NCBI GenBank assembly: GCA_964641255.1
Contig: CAZXMM010000001.1
Coordinates: forward strand, 79,757 to 143,756
Direction of reading: 5' to 3'
DNA: 64,000 nucleotides
DNA from: an uncultured Gammaproteobacteria bacterium
GTDB lineage: Bacteria; Patescibacteriota; Microgenomatia; JAMCZE01
In this document: positions 57,063 to 64,000 of the stretch, in pieces
Position numbering within the stretch: the stretch's first letter is position 1
Layout of the letters: each line of letters begins with the position of its first letter
Translations under genes and position numbers: made by a program
The notes under the pieces: model-generated
What the model saw: the letters and a program-made list of their open reading frames with translations, nothing else
The model's database searches: none
Told to the model about the DNA's origin: nothing

Positions 57063-57290
57063 CTACACGGATGGAGTCATATTTTCCTCTCCCGCCTCAA
57101 CCTCTGTGACCATAGTCATAACAACCGCTTTCATTTCTTCTGGTGTTTTACCGGCCATTTCCGGATGAGCTTCCATCACGTGGGCTTGAACATCGGCGTG
57201 ACCCATAAAAGCGTCTACCGCACTGTTCATATCCTCCGCTTGCAGTGTAGTTGTAAAACCGTCTGGACAAGTGAGTTTAAAGTTTTTCAA
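57063..57290 (-). CDS. DUF1059-like small protein
   Basis: MKNFKLTCPDGFTTTLQAEDMNSAVDAFMGHADVQAHVMEAH resembles DUF1059 (MK.F.C.D.G..C.F ... H.H). Confidence 0.5.
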   Translation of the reverse strand: MKNFKLTCPDGFTTTLQAEDMNSAVDAFMGHADVQAHVMEAHPEMAGKTPEEMKAVVMTMVTEVEAGEENMTPSV

Positions 57291-57310
57291 TAGTATTCAC
57301 CTCCTTTAGC

Positions 57311-59200
57311 TTAGTCTGCTCCTCCTCCACCCCCGCCTCCTCCTCCACCCCCGCCTCCTCCGCCACTCGAAAAACTTCCCCCTCCACCACTGCTCATTGT
57401 CGTACCTACAGAGGCAGTAAGGTTAGACATACTTTGGGTAAGGGCGGTTCCAAAATCGAGTCCAAGTCCTGAGGCGCCTGAGGTGAAATCAACCTCAGTT
57501 CCTTTGCTACTATACACATGATACCAGGTGGGAATATAGGTAGTGGCTCCCTCTTGTCCCAGAATGAGGGGAAGATATTTAGAAACCTGTTTGGCAACAC
57601 CAAGGGCGGTACCGTAGACAAGCATTTCTTCCCAGATAACAAGAGCGTGGGGTAACTCATCTTTAAAGTGGGAAAAGTCTCGTAGAAAATTTCTAAAGCC
57701 CTCCCACCGTTTCGCTTCCAGAGAAGCCTCTTTGGTCCAACGGTAAAATACTCTGCCCCAAAAGGCAAAGAGAAACGCCCCACCAATTACTGCCCAGATA
57801 GCGAGGGCCATAAAAGCAATATCGGTCATAATCATAAACAGGATGGAGAGAAGGGAAACTACCAATACATTACTGATCACAAAACGAGTGCGCCATTTCT
57901 TGCCTCCTGGTTCCAAAAATTTCTGGCTATCTGCCATGTCCTTAACCGTTTCCATCCAGCCAGTCCAAAAAGCTCTTGTGGTGGTGGGGCTCTTTTTCAT
58001 TTGAGATTTTAAATCGTCAAGGGAAATTTCATCTTCTGTTGTCAGGCTAAAGACAAAATCAAAAAGTTCTTGCTCATAGCTATTGAGGGGGCCATTGGGT
58101 TTATAGCGAGAATCTCCTTTAACGATAAAGTAATCAAAGTCCCGTTTACTGCCGATCCCCAAGATCCCTTTAGTATATTTTTGTCGGCTGTCAATACGAA
58201 TGTGGTGACGTCTGGCTAGGTCCAAAAGCGTAGCTGAGAAGGAGTTGGTGGATACTAAATGATTTTGAGAAACGAGTGCTTCTACCAAAGCGGGTGGGCG
58301 AGTGCTGGGGGGATTATGAATATACTGCGGAACTGAAACATCATACTCTCTTCCGTGTCTTACCCAGATAAGAGTCCAAAACCCGATCCAGCCCAAAATA
58401 CCAAGAAGGACCCCAACGGCGGTAAACTGGGCCACGGTGTGCCAAAAGAGAGTGTCTTGTCTGAAGCGGTCTTCTTCAGCTTTAATGCTAGCTAGATCTT
58501 TGCCAGAAACGCTAGGTCCAGTAATAACACTGGCGGGGAAAACAAATCTGGTTTCCACCATTTGCTTTTTGTCGAGATTATTAACAGTAAACTCTACACT
58601 TTTCCCGTCAAGAATAGCCGAGTTTCCTTGAAGGGGGCCATGACCCCACACGTAGAGATTTTCTTTGCCTACGTCCGTGGGAAGAGATATACGGATTAAC
58701 ACTTTGTCTGTACGAGCGTCCCAGTCCGGGCCGATCATTTTCCAATAAAATTCAGCGACGTCTTGATACTTCGTTACCCCACCCAGAAGAGTGTAAGAAA
58801 GGGTAAAGGTTTTTTCTTCGTTCGCTGAGGAGTGGTAAGCCTCGATGTGTTCGACAGCTCCGTTTCGTTCTGCCGCAAATTTATGAGTTGGCCTGGCGGA
58901 GTTTGCGGTAGGAATAGCTTCGTAAGGAATTACTACCCCGTTGCCAGTCTCACTAAAGGACACCCCATTAATAACTTGCGACTGGGTCAGGGGAATATCC
59001 CAAAACACTCTACTAAAGCTGCCGTCAAAGCTAAAGGTGCGCGCCTCGGTAATATCGACACTGCCATCAGCACTAATAGTTGCGTCAATAACCACCGAGG
59101 GGAAGAAAAAGGTTTTGTTAGCGGCCAAAGCGGCCCCTGGGAAAAGAAAACCTAGTGTTAGAAGCAGAAGGGCAAAGAAAAGTGCAAAGAGAGTTTTCAT
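57311..59200 (-). CDS. DUF2207-family membrane protein with a C-terminal poly-Gly tail
   Basis: Signal peptide MKTLFALFFALLLLTLGFLFPGAALA, a large extracytoplasmic domain, three TM helices and a terminal SSGGGGSFSSGGGGGGGGGGGGGGGAD. Confidence 0.65.
   Translation of the reverse strand: MKTLFALFFALLLLTLGFLFPGAALAANKTFFFPSVVIDATISADGSVDITEARTFSFDGSFSRVFWDIPLTQSQVINGVSFSETGNGVVIPYEAIPTANSARPTHKFAAERNGAVEHIEAYHSSANEEKTFTLSYTLLGGVTKYQDVAEFYWKMIGPDWDARTDKVLIRISLPTDVGKENLYVWGHGPLQGNSAILDGKSVEFTVNNLDKKQMVETRFVFPASVITGPSVSGKDLASIKAEEDRFRQDTLFWHTVAQFTAVGVLLGILGWIGFWTLIWVRHGREYDVSVPQYIHNPPSTRPPALVEALVSQNHLVSTNSFSATLLDLARRHHIRIDSRQKYTKGILGIGSKRDFDYFIVKGDSRYKPNGPLNSYEQELFDFVFSLTTEDEISLDDLKSQMKKSPTTTRAFWTGWMETVKDMADSQKFLEPGGKKWRTRFVISNVLVVSLLSILFMIMTDIAFMALAIWAVIGGAFLFAFWGRVFYRWTKEASLEAKRWEGFRNFLRDFSHFKDELPHALVIWEEMLVYGTALGVAKQVSKYLPLILGQEGATTYIPTWYHVYSSKGTEVDFTSGASGLGLDFGTALTQSMSNLTASVGTTMSSGGGGSFSSGGGGGGGGGGGGGGGAD
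57321..57364 (-). repeat. tandem 18-nt repeat (cctcctccacccccgcct x2 plus partial) encoding the Gly15 run
   Basis: Direct tandem duplication visible in the plus-strand sequence, inside the 3' end of the DUF2207 gene. Confidence 0.7.
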
Positions 59201-59258
59201 TACTCAATATTCTATCTCACTGAAGACAAAAACCGCTACCGCCTGTTACAATGAGCTG

Positions 59259-60032
59259 GTGAATATCCTGCAGACACTCATTCTCGCAGTTGTTGAAGGA
59301 ATAACAGAGTTTCTCCCTATCTCCTCAACCGGTCACCTTATTCTCACCAGCGATCTCTTGAAAATAGTCCAAACCGATTTTTTTAAAAGCTTCGAAATTG
59401 CTATTCAGCTTGGTGCAGTTCTCTCAGTTGTAGCGCTGTATGCTAGAACACTCCTGAGGGAGAGACAGGTCTGGAGAAATATCTTTGTAGCGTTTATTCC
59501 TACCGGAGTTCTGGGACTGCTTCTTTACAAAGTGGTTAAAACATATCTACTGGGTAACGAACTCGTTGTCGTTATTTCCCTATTGGTTGGTGGGGCTTTC
59601 CTTATTTTTGTTGAAAAAGTAGTTAAGTTTGAAAAGCACCACATTACTGATATTGGGAAACTTGGCTTGCGTGATTCGTTTGTCTTGGGTCTTTGTCAAA
59701 GCCTTGCCATGATCCCGGGGGTGTCTCGCTCGGCAGCCACCATTGTGGGGGGAATGTTTTTGGGAATGAGTCGCACTGCAGCCGCAGAGTTTTCCTTTTT
59801 GCTCGCTATTCCTACTATGGCTGCAGCGACTATGCTTGATCTAGTGCAAAGTAGCTGGGCTTTTACAAATGAGGAATACTTTCTCTTAGCCCTTGGTTTT
59901 GTTGGTTCGTTCTTTACTGCCCTCATTGCGGTCCGACTCTTTATTCGTTACGTTCAGACGCATAACTTTGTCATTTTTGGAGTTTACCGTATTGTTCTCG
60001 CTATAGTAGCTTACTTTATTTTAGTACGGTGA
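59259..60032 (+). CDS. uppP: undecaprenyl-diphosphate phosphatase (UppP/BacA)
   Basis: ILAVVEGITEFLPISSTGHLIL and the PGVSRSAATIVGGMFLGMSR motifs. The ORF-track N-terminal extension (58941) overlaps the DUF2207 gene and was rejected. GTG 59259 is the likely start. Confidence 0.85.
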   Translation: MNILQTLILAVVEGITEFLPISSTGHLILTSDLLKIVQTDFFKSFEIAIQLGAVLSVVALYARTLLRERQVWRNIFVAFIPTGVLGLLLYKVVKTYLLGNELVVVISLLVGGAFLIFVEKVVKFEKHHITDIGKLGLRDSFVLGLCQSLAMIPGVSRSAATIVGGMFLGMSRTAAAEFSFLLAIPTMAAATMLDLVQSSWAFTNEEYFLLALGFVGSFFTALIAVRLFIRYVQTHNFVIFGVYRIVLAIVAYFILVR

Positions 60033-60490
60033 ACAGAGTCCTCGTCTATAGTTTCTTTGCCCCCTCAAATAAAAGCTTCAAAATACTACGCGACCTAAAA
60101 CTAATTAATGGCGACAAGTATTACATTGGCAGTCTTAAGACTCTTATCAAAATGATTAGCAGGGAAAACTATGATTACATTCTGGGGTTGGGAGACTATA
60201 ACAAATTGGCAAAGCAGATAAGAGTCGAGACAATATTTGTTAATAGATATGGCAAAGAGGTAATTGATTCTTTGGGGCGAGAAAAGTGCTACCCCTCTTG
60301 GAGTCTATCCCATGAATCACTAAGAGTTTCTGATAAGGAAACAAATGGGAACTGCAACCGGGCAGCATATTGCGTTGAGAGTGCATTGAAACAAAATGCT
60401 TTACCCAGTAAACATGCCTTTCTCCATATTCCCAGCAGTTTTGACCTAATGGCTGCGACTGGTATGATAGGGGAACTATGGCCGAAATAA
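60029..60490 (+). CDS. pyroglutamyl-peptidase I-like (peptidase C15 fold), minimal 153-aa form
   Basis: VLVYSFFAPSNKSF (compare Pcp VLVTGFEPFGGEK), RVETIF (catalytic-Glu region), NGNCNRAAYCV (Cys-Asn nucleophile region) and AFLHIPSS (His region). Confidence 0.4.
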   Translation: MNRVLVYSFFAPSNKSFKILRDLKLINGDKYYIGSLKTLIKMISRENYDYILGLGDYNKLAKQIRVETIFVNRYGKEVIDSLGREKCYPSWSLSHESLRVSDKETNGNCNRAAYCVESALKQNALPSKHAFLHIPSSFDLMAATGMIGELWPK

Positions 60491-61077
60491 TTCCTTCAGA
60501 TTCAAAATACCTTCCCTTGACTCAGCAAAAATACAGTTGTGTTCCTACCTGTATCCAGATGGTAATGCTTCGACACAATATTCCCCTGATGCCCGCTGAA
60601 CTTATTGGCTATGAGCTGGGGCTGGTAGTTCCCCAGATGGATGCCAAGCTGTTTTGGAAACCAAGGACTGGAGCGAGGCCAGCGGCGGGATACGGCACCC
60701 AACTAAGTAAAAAGGAATACGGACCAAACTTGGTATTTAGAAAACTGGGAATTCCTTTAGCCATGAATTGGTCTCTTGTTAATTCCTTCAGGTCACTGGA
60801 GAGCTTTAAGGAATATTTGGGTAAGTTCGAAAATTCACAAAAAGATATTTTGCTTTGCTTTGATTGGGGAGATTTGCACGGGGATAGGACCTACCATAAT
60901 GGACACGTGTGTTTACTGGATAAAGTAGAAGGGGATCAAATTAGAATAGTAGATCCTGATCCCTTTTCTCCCAAGTGGCAAACTTGGAGCCAAGAAGAAA
61001 TGCTTAGTGCAATGAGATATCATGGGGTGGACAAAATGGCTGGATGCTGGGAGATTACTGACCTTTCTGGGAAATAG
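60478..61077 (+). CDS. papain-like cysteine peptidase domain protein (C39-like)
   Basis: QQKYSCVPTCIQMVMLRH (Gln/Cys region) and YHNGHVCLLDKVEGDQIRIVDPD (His ... Asp region) match the C39-like order of catalytic residues. Overlaps the previous gene by 13 nt. Confidence 0.4.
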   Translation: MAEIIPSDSKYLPLTQQKYSCVPTCIQMVMLRHNIPLMPAELIGYELGLVVPQMDAKLFWKPRTGARPAAGYGTQLSKKEYGPNLVFRKLGIPLAMNWSLVNSFRSLESFKEYLGKFENSQKDILLCFDWGDLHGDRTYHNGHVCLLDKVEGDQIRIVDPDPFSPKWQTWSQEEMLSAMRYHGVDKMAGCWEITDLSGK

Positions 61078-61603
61078 CTTCGTCTAAAAGAACCCCGTTT
61101 AAGTAAATGGTTACCGTAGTCATAGCGGGAAATTGCAGTGCGGTCTGGGTGATTTGTTCTTTTAGTCTTGGTTCATCGCATGCTCCACCCAGTTGTATCG
61201 ATCCGGTGAGATACACATCTCCGTGTTTTTCTGTTTGAATAACTTTATCAACACTAAGATCTGAATTCGACAAAGAATTGTAGTAGCCAAGCTCTTCCGG
61301 CGACTTCTCCTTTAAGGAAAAGAGTCCGTCCAATCCTCCACGAATAAGATCCTTGGTGGGACCAATTTCTACTATGATAGGGACTAAGCTATCGCCACAG
61401 CCCACAAGTTTGCCAAGCTTGCCGTTATCTCCTGTAGCTATGACGTAGGCTTTAACTTTCATTTTAGGAAACCCGGTTTCGGTAAGATTGTCCTTGGGCC
61501 GGACAGTTCTAGTGGGGTTAGTAGTTCTGAGCAAAAAGAAGCTAACAGCGGCACCGCTGCCTAAAAAAAGGAGAGTAATAAATATAAAAAATGGGTATCT
61601 CAT
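61055..61603 (-). CDS. secreted GerMN-like domain protein
   Basis: Signal anchor, then KAYVIATGDNGKLGKLVGCGDSLVPIIVEIGP ... ALQFPAMTTVTIYLNGVLLDE, a GerMN-like pattern. Confidence 0.45.
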   Translation of the reverse strand: MRYPFFIFITLLFLGSGAAVSFFLLRTTNPTRTVRPKDNLTETGFPKMKVKAYVIATGDNGKLGKLVGCGDSLVPIIVEIGPTKDLIRGGLDGLFSLKEKSPEELGYYNSLSNSDLSVDKVIQTEKHGDVYLTGSIQLGGACDEPRLKEQITQTALQFPAMTTVTIYLNGVLLDEAISQKGQ

Positions 61604-61620
61604 AGGAAAACCCTGGTCAG

Positions 61621-62421
61621 TTAAATTAAATTTAGGTCTGGGTTTATGATGGGCGTAAGCGTCTCGAAGGGAATGTTTACATGTCTTACTCCTGCTGAGT
61701 AGGGAGCCACCTGAGACGGATCAAAAATGAGGATCAAGTCAGATTCACCGATGTTAAATTTGGTGAAGTTTTTAGCACTGGGAGAAGCACCGCTAGCGAC
61801 CAAAGAGGTTATTCCCGGGTCGGGACCGAGTTGGGTATTAAGCTCCGCAATAGCAAGGTCAGATAAAACTTGCGCAAAATTTGCTTTGTCTGCAAACATA
61901 TCCGCAATTTGTAGTTCTTTTTTAAGCACCAGACTGTAGGTGATAGTAGTGTGCACAGTATCAGGGTGAGCCATGTGGTAGTAGTACTGAGAAATGGTGA
62001 AGTCTAAAGAGATAAAGGAACTATCAACACGGTTGGCTAGGTAGCTAATAAAAAGCTGATTGGCGGGGTCGCTTCCCGTTGTCTCTTTGCTTTGCTCATT
62101 GGCCTCTTTTTTAAATTCGGTCACGGTTGAATCTACCAAGGTCTGAATGCGGGTGTTAATCTCTTTTTCTAAAACAGAGTCAAAAACTCCGGCTACTTGG
62201 GGGTAGGCAAGTTTAACAGTCCAGGTATTATTTGGATCAGTTTCCTCACTCGTAGTTTCCAGGATGTGAACGTCAGTAGCGGTGGGCAGACCAACCCGGG
62301 AAACCTGGGGAGCGTTTTTTGTTGCCTGGACCGTGTAGAGAATAAGAAAGATAGTAAAGGCTATTACGACAAAGGCAACGAACAGTTTCTTAGCTAGCCT
62401 GTTGGGTATAGCTTTTTTCAT
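61621..62421 (-). CDS. secreted hypothetical protein, possibly a DUF3298/DUF4163 (RsiV-like) fold
   Basis: N-terminal TM anchor. Pattern VKLAYPQVAGVFDSVLEKEINTRIQTLVD ... ISLDFTISQYYYHMAHP. The family assignment is tentative. Confidence 0.35.
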   Translation of the reverse strand: MKKAIPNRLAKKLFVAFVVIAFTIFLILYTVQATKNAPQVSRVGLPTATDVHILETTSEETDPNNTWTVKLAYPQVAGVFDSVLEKEINTRIQTLVDSTVTEFKKEANEQSKETTGSDPANQLFISYLANRVDSSFISLDFTISQYYYHMAHPDTVHTTITYSLVLKKELQIADMFADKANFAQVLSDLAIAELNTQLGPDPGITSLVASGASPSAKNFTKFNIGESDLILIFDPSQVAPYSAGVRHVNIPFETLTPIINPDLNLI

Positions 62422-62447
62422 CGCCGGCTAAGTATACCAAATGAGCA

Positions 62448-62666
62448 CTACTTTTTAATTATCTTTCCCCAGTGAATTGAGTTCCAAATTCTCTCGTGGA
62501 GAAAATACAAAATAGTGGCGATGATATTGGAGATACTGACTATCGAAACCGTAGTAACAATATCACGCGTAATAAACTGCACAATAATTGACTGACTAAC
62601 AATGATCGTCAGTCGGTAAGTAATGGTTTTTACCAATGAGCGTGATGTCTTTTCGTGCAGTTTCAT
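62448..62666 (-). CDS. DUF2061-like small membrane protein
   Basis: SRSLVKTITYRLTIIV ... LYFLHERIWNSIHWG matches the DUF2061 pattern (R.I.KaitwR ... YY.HERiW). Confidence 0.5.
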   Translation of the reverse strand: MKLHEKTSRSLVKTITYRLTIIVSQSIIVQFITRDIVTTVSIVSISNIIATILYFLHERIWNSIHWGKIIKK

Positions 62667-63617
62667 TTAACTAACTATATTTTTGGGATCCCCCCTAATA
62701 TATGACTCGATATTACCGATAATAATGTCCGGGAGGTTGTGAAGAGAATCGTTTGTTAACCAACCCAAATGAGGAGTCAAGACGACACTTGGGAGCTGTA
62801 AAAGGGGGTTTGTCCTTTCCCACTTTACGATAACATCCAGTCCCGCCCCAGCTATTTTTTTATCTTTCAAGACTTCATAAAGCGCTAATTCGTCAACCAC
62901 CCCTCCTCTAGACGTGTTAATTAATATTGCAGATGGTTTCATGAGCCCTAACAGTTCCTTAGAAATTAGTCCATTAGTCTCTTTGTTTAAAGCAAGGTTT
63001 ATTGAAATTACGTCGCTTAGCTTAAATAGATCTTTAAGATCCGCCGGTGTGACATCCTTAACCTTTTTATATTTTCTATCCCAGCCAACAACTTTCATGT
63101 CCAATCCATTTCCCATTTTGGCTACCCGCTGGCCTATAGCTCCTAATCCTATTACCCCCAAGGTCTTTCCCTGGAGATCAAAACCGCTGTAACTATTAAC
63201 GTGATCGGTATTGCCTGGATCGGTTTCAAAAGGGCGATCGCGCATAGCGGAGTTTCCTAGGGGGATCTTTCTGTTGACCGCAAAGATTAAACCAATGGCC
63301 AATTCGGCTACTGACTGGGTAGCAAATCCGGGAACATTAGATACCACAATTGACTTATTTTTTGCTGCAACCAAGTCAATGCCATTATAGCCGGTGCTGT
63401 TAAGACTGATGAACTTTAAATTCTTGGTCGATTCCAAAACCCTTTGTCCAAGCGGAGCTATAAAACAATCGACAATTGCAATGTCTGCGTTTTGTAATCT
63501 TTTGATCGCTGTTTCCTCGTCACTGGTATTATCAAAAACCTCAAGCTCACCCAGTGACCGGAGCTTAGAAATATGTGTTTCCGTCAGGAATGATTGATTG
63601 AGAACGACAATCTTCAT
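62667..63617 (-). CDS. D-isomer-specific 2-hydroxyacid dehydrogenase (glycerate/phosphoglycerate dehydrogenase-like)
   Basis: NAD-binding GKTLGVIGLGAIGQRVAKM. Catalytic region SRGGVVDE ... HLGWLT. Confidence 0.8.
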   Translation of the reverse strand: MKIVVLNQSFLTETHISKLRSLGELEVFDNTSDEETAIKRLQNADIAIVDCFIAPLGQRVLESTKNLKFISLNSTGYNGIDLVAAKNKSIVVSNVPGFATQSVAELAIGLIFAVNRKIPLGNSAMRDRPFETDPGNTDHVNSYSGFDLQGKTLGVIGLGAIGQRVAKMGNGLDMKVVGWDRKYKKVKDVTPADLKDLFKLSDVISINLALNKETNGLISKELLGLMKPSAILINTSRGGVVDELALYEVLKDKKIAGAGLDVIVKWERTNPLLQLPSVVLTPHLGWLTNDSLHNLPDIIIGNIESYIRGDPKNIVS

Positions 63618-63678
63618 TTGCTAATTATAGCAACTACTCCAGCTACCGACGGGTAGTAGCTTAACAAATCGTGACCAA

Positions 63679-64000
63679 TTAACTCCCGACCCTAATTCTG
63701 CTTGGGGTAATTTCGATACTATCATTTGCTCGGTTGAAAATAATTTTGAAGTTGTCAAAAAAACCCTCTTGGCCAAGAAGACCACGAACGTTGGCCCCCT
63801 TCATAAAGCCAACTGGGATAGTGACTGAGTGATTAGTTCCTATCACCTCAACAGCAATTTTTGTTAGATAAACAGTCACGGTGTCCTTGCCAATTCCTCC
63901 AAATTGTTGTTTGGACACTTTCCTGAGATCAACCCCCACTGCTTTAGCAATCTCAATGTCGAAAAGAGACATATCTGCCCCAGAATCAATGAGAGCTTCA
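63679..64000 (-). CDS. retropepsin-like (clan AA) aspartic peptidase domain protein, 5' partial because it continues past the window end
   Basis: Reverse translation of the last 30 nt gives ...EALIDSGADMSLFDIEIAKAVG, with the D-S-G-A catalytic motif. The rest matches bacterial single-domain retropepsin-like proteins. No stop before the window end. Confidence 0.5.
   Translation of the reverse strand, partial: EALIDSGADMSLFDIEIAKAVGVDLRKVSKQQFGGIGKDTVTVYLTKIAVEVIGTNHSVTIPVGFMKGANVRGLLGQEGFFDNFKIIFNRANDSIEITPSRIRVGS

Noticed and set aside
58941-59258. N-terminal 106-aa extension of the uppP ORF as given in the ORF track (58941..60032)
   Set aside because: The extension overlaps the 5' end of the convergent DUF2207 gene. 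It has no similarity to UppP, whose conserved N-terminus (ILAVVEGITEFLPISSTGH) begins right after an in-frame GTG at 59259.
1-64000. Search for CRISPR arrays, rRNA genes, tRNA genes and IS/transposase genes
   Set aside because: No regularly spaced direct repeats with unique spacers were seen. No 16S/23S/5S-like or tRNA-like sequences were found (T-loop GGTTCGAATCC-type motifs are absent from the intergenic regions). No transposase, integrase or recombinase motifs were found in any ORF.
63679-64000. Retropepsin-like aspartic peptidase as evidence of a retroelement or prophage at the window edge
   Set aside because: Single-domain clan-AA (DSGA) aspartic peptidases occur as stand-alone bacterial genes. 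No reverse transcriptase, integrase or phage structural genes are adjacent within the window.

Overview
Hand annotation of a 64 kb chromosomal window, read from the six-frame ORF track and the sequence only; no searches were run and every family call is motif-level. The segment spans the chromosomal replication origin and looks like a reduced-genome bacterium of the Patescibacteria/CPR type. That is an inference from many short single-domain proteins, DUF4012/VanW/GerMN/DUF2207 envelope proteins and minimal aaRS architecture. GC is moderate by eye, and TGA is used as a stop (standard code 11). The origin region has the canonical minus-strand operon rpmH-rnpA-yidD-yidC-jag, divergent from dnaA-(DnaA-box cluster)-dnaN. 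A 720-aa HExxH-containing hypothetical gene sits between rpmH and dnaA, which is unusual. Housekeeping genes are tsaD, tsaC, valS, rplY, rnhA, obg, gdh, uppP, a cyclophilin PPIase, SDR reductases and a SpoU-family methyltransferase. Envelope and transport genes are an AI-2E transporter, a sugar-type ABC binding protein, VanW, a DUF4012 giant protein, a Wzx-like flippase, an O-antigen-ligase-like protein, CapA, a MacAB-like HlyD/ABC/FtsX trio, an NRAMP transporter, a VIT-family transporter, a PLD-family enzyme, and an amylosucrase-like GH13 next to a GT4. The most interesting part is a three-gene minus-strand module at 26.8-30.8 kb that looks like a minimal type IV secretion/conjugation-like apparatus. 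It has a PrgI/VirB3-like membrane protein fused to a coiled coil and a carboxypeptidase-regulatory-like beta-sandwich. Its VirB4-family ATPase is encoded as two separate ORFs: the N-terminal domain, then the GYPRFV plus Walker A/B ATPase. No relaxase, coupling protein or integrase is nearby. Other points of interest are a nuclease trio (DEDDy exonuclease, hypothetical, Cas4/RecB-like Fe-S nuclease), an ATP-grasp enzyme next to a Cys-rich secreted protein, an rarA gene broken by an apparent 1-nt deletion, a pair of minimal cysteine-peptidase-like genes (C15-like and C39-like), a gluzincin-like HExxH...WLNEG peptidase, and a poly-Gly tail encoded by a slippage-prone tandem repeat. No rRNA, tRNA, CRISPR array or clear IS element was recognised.
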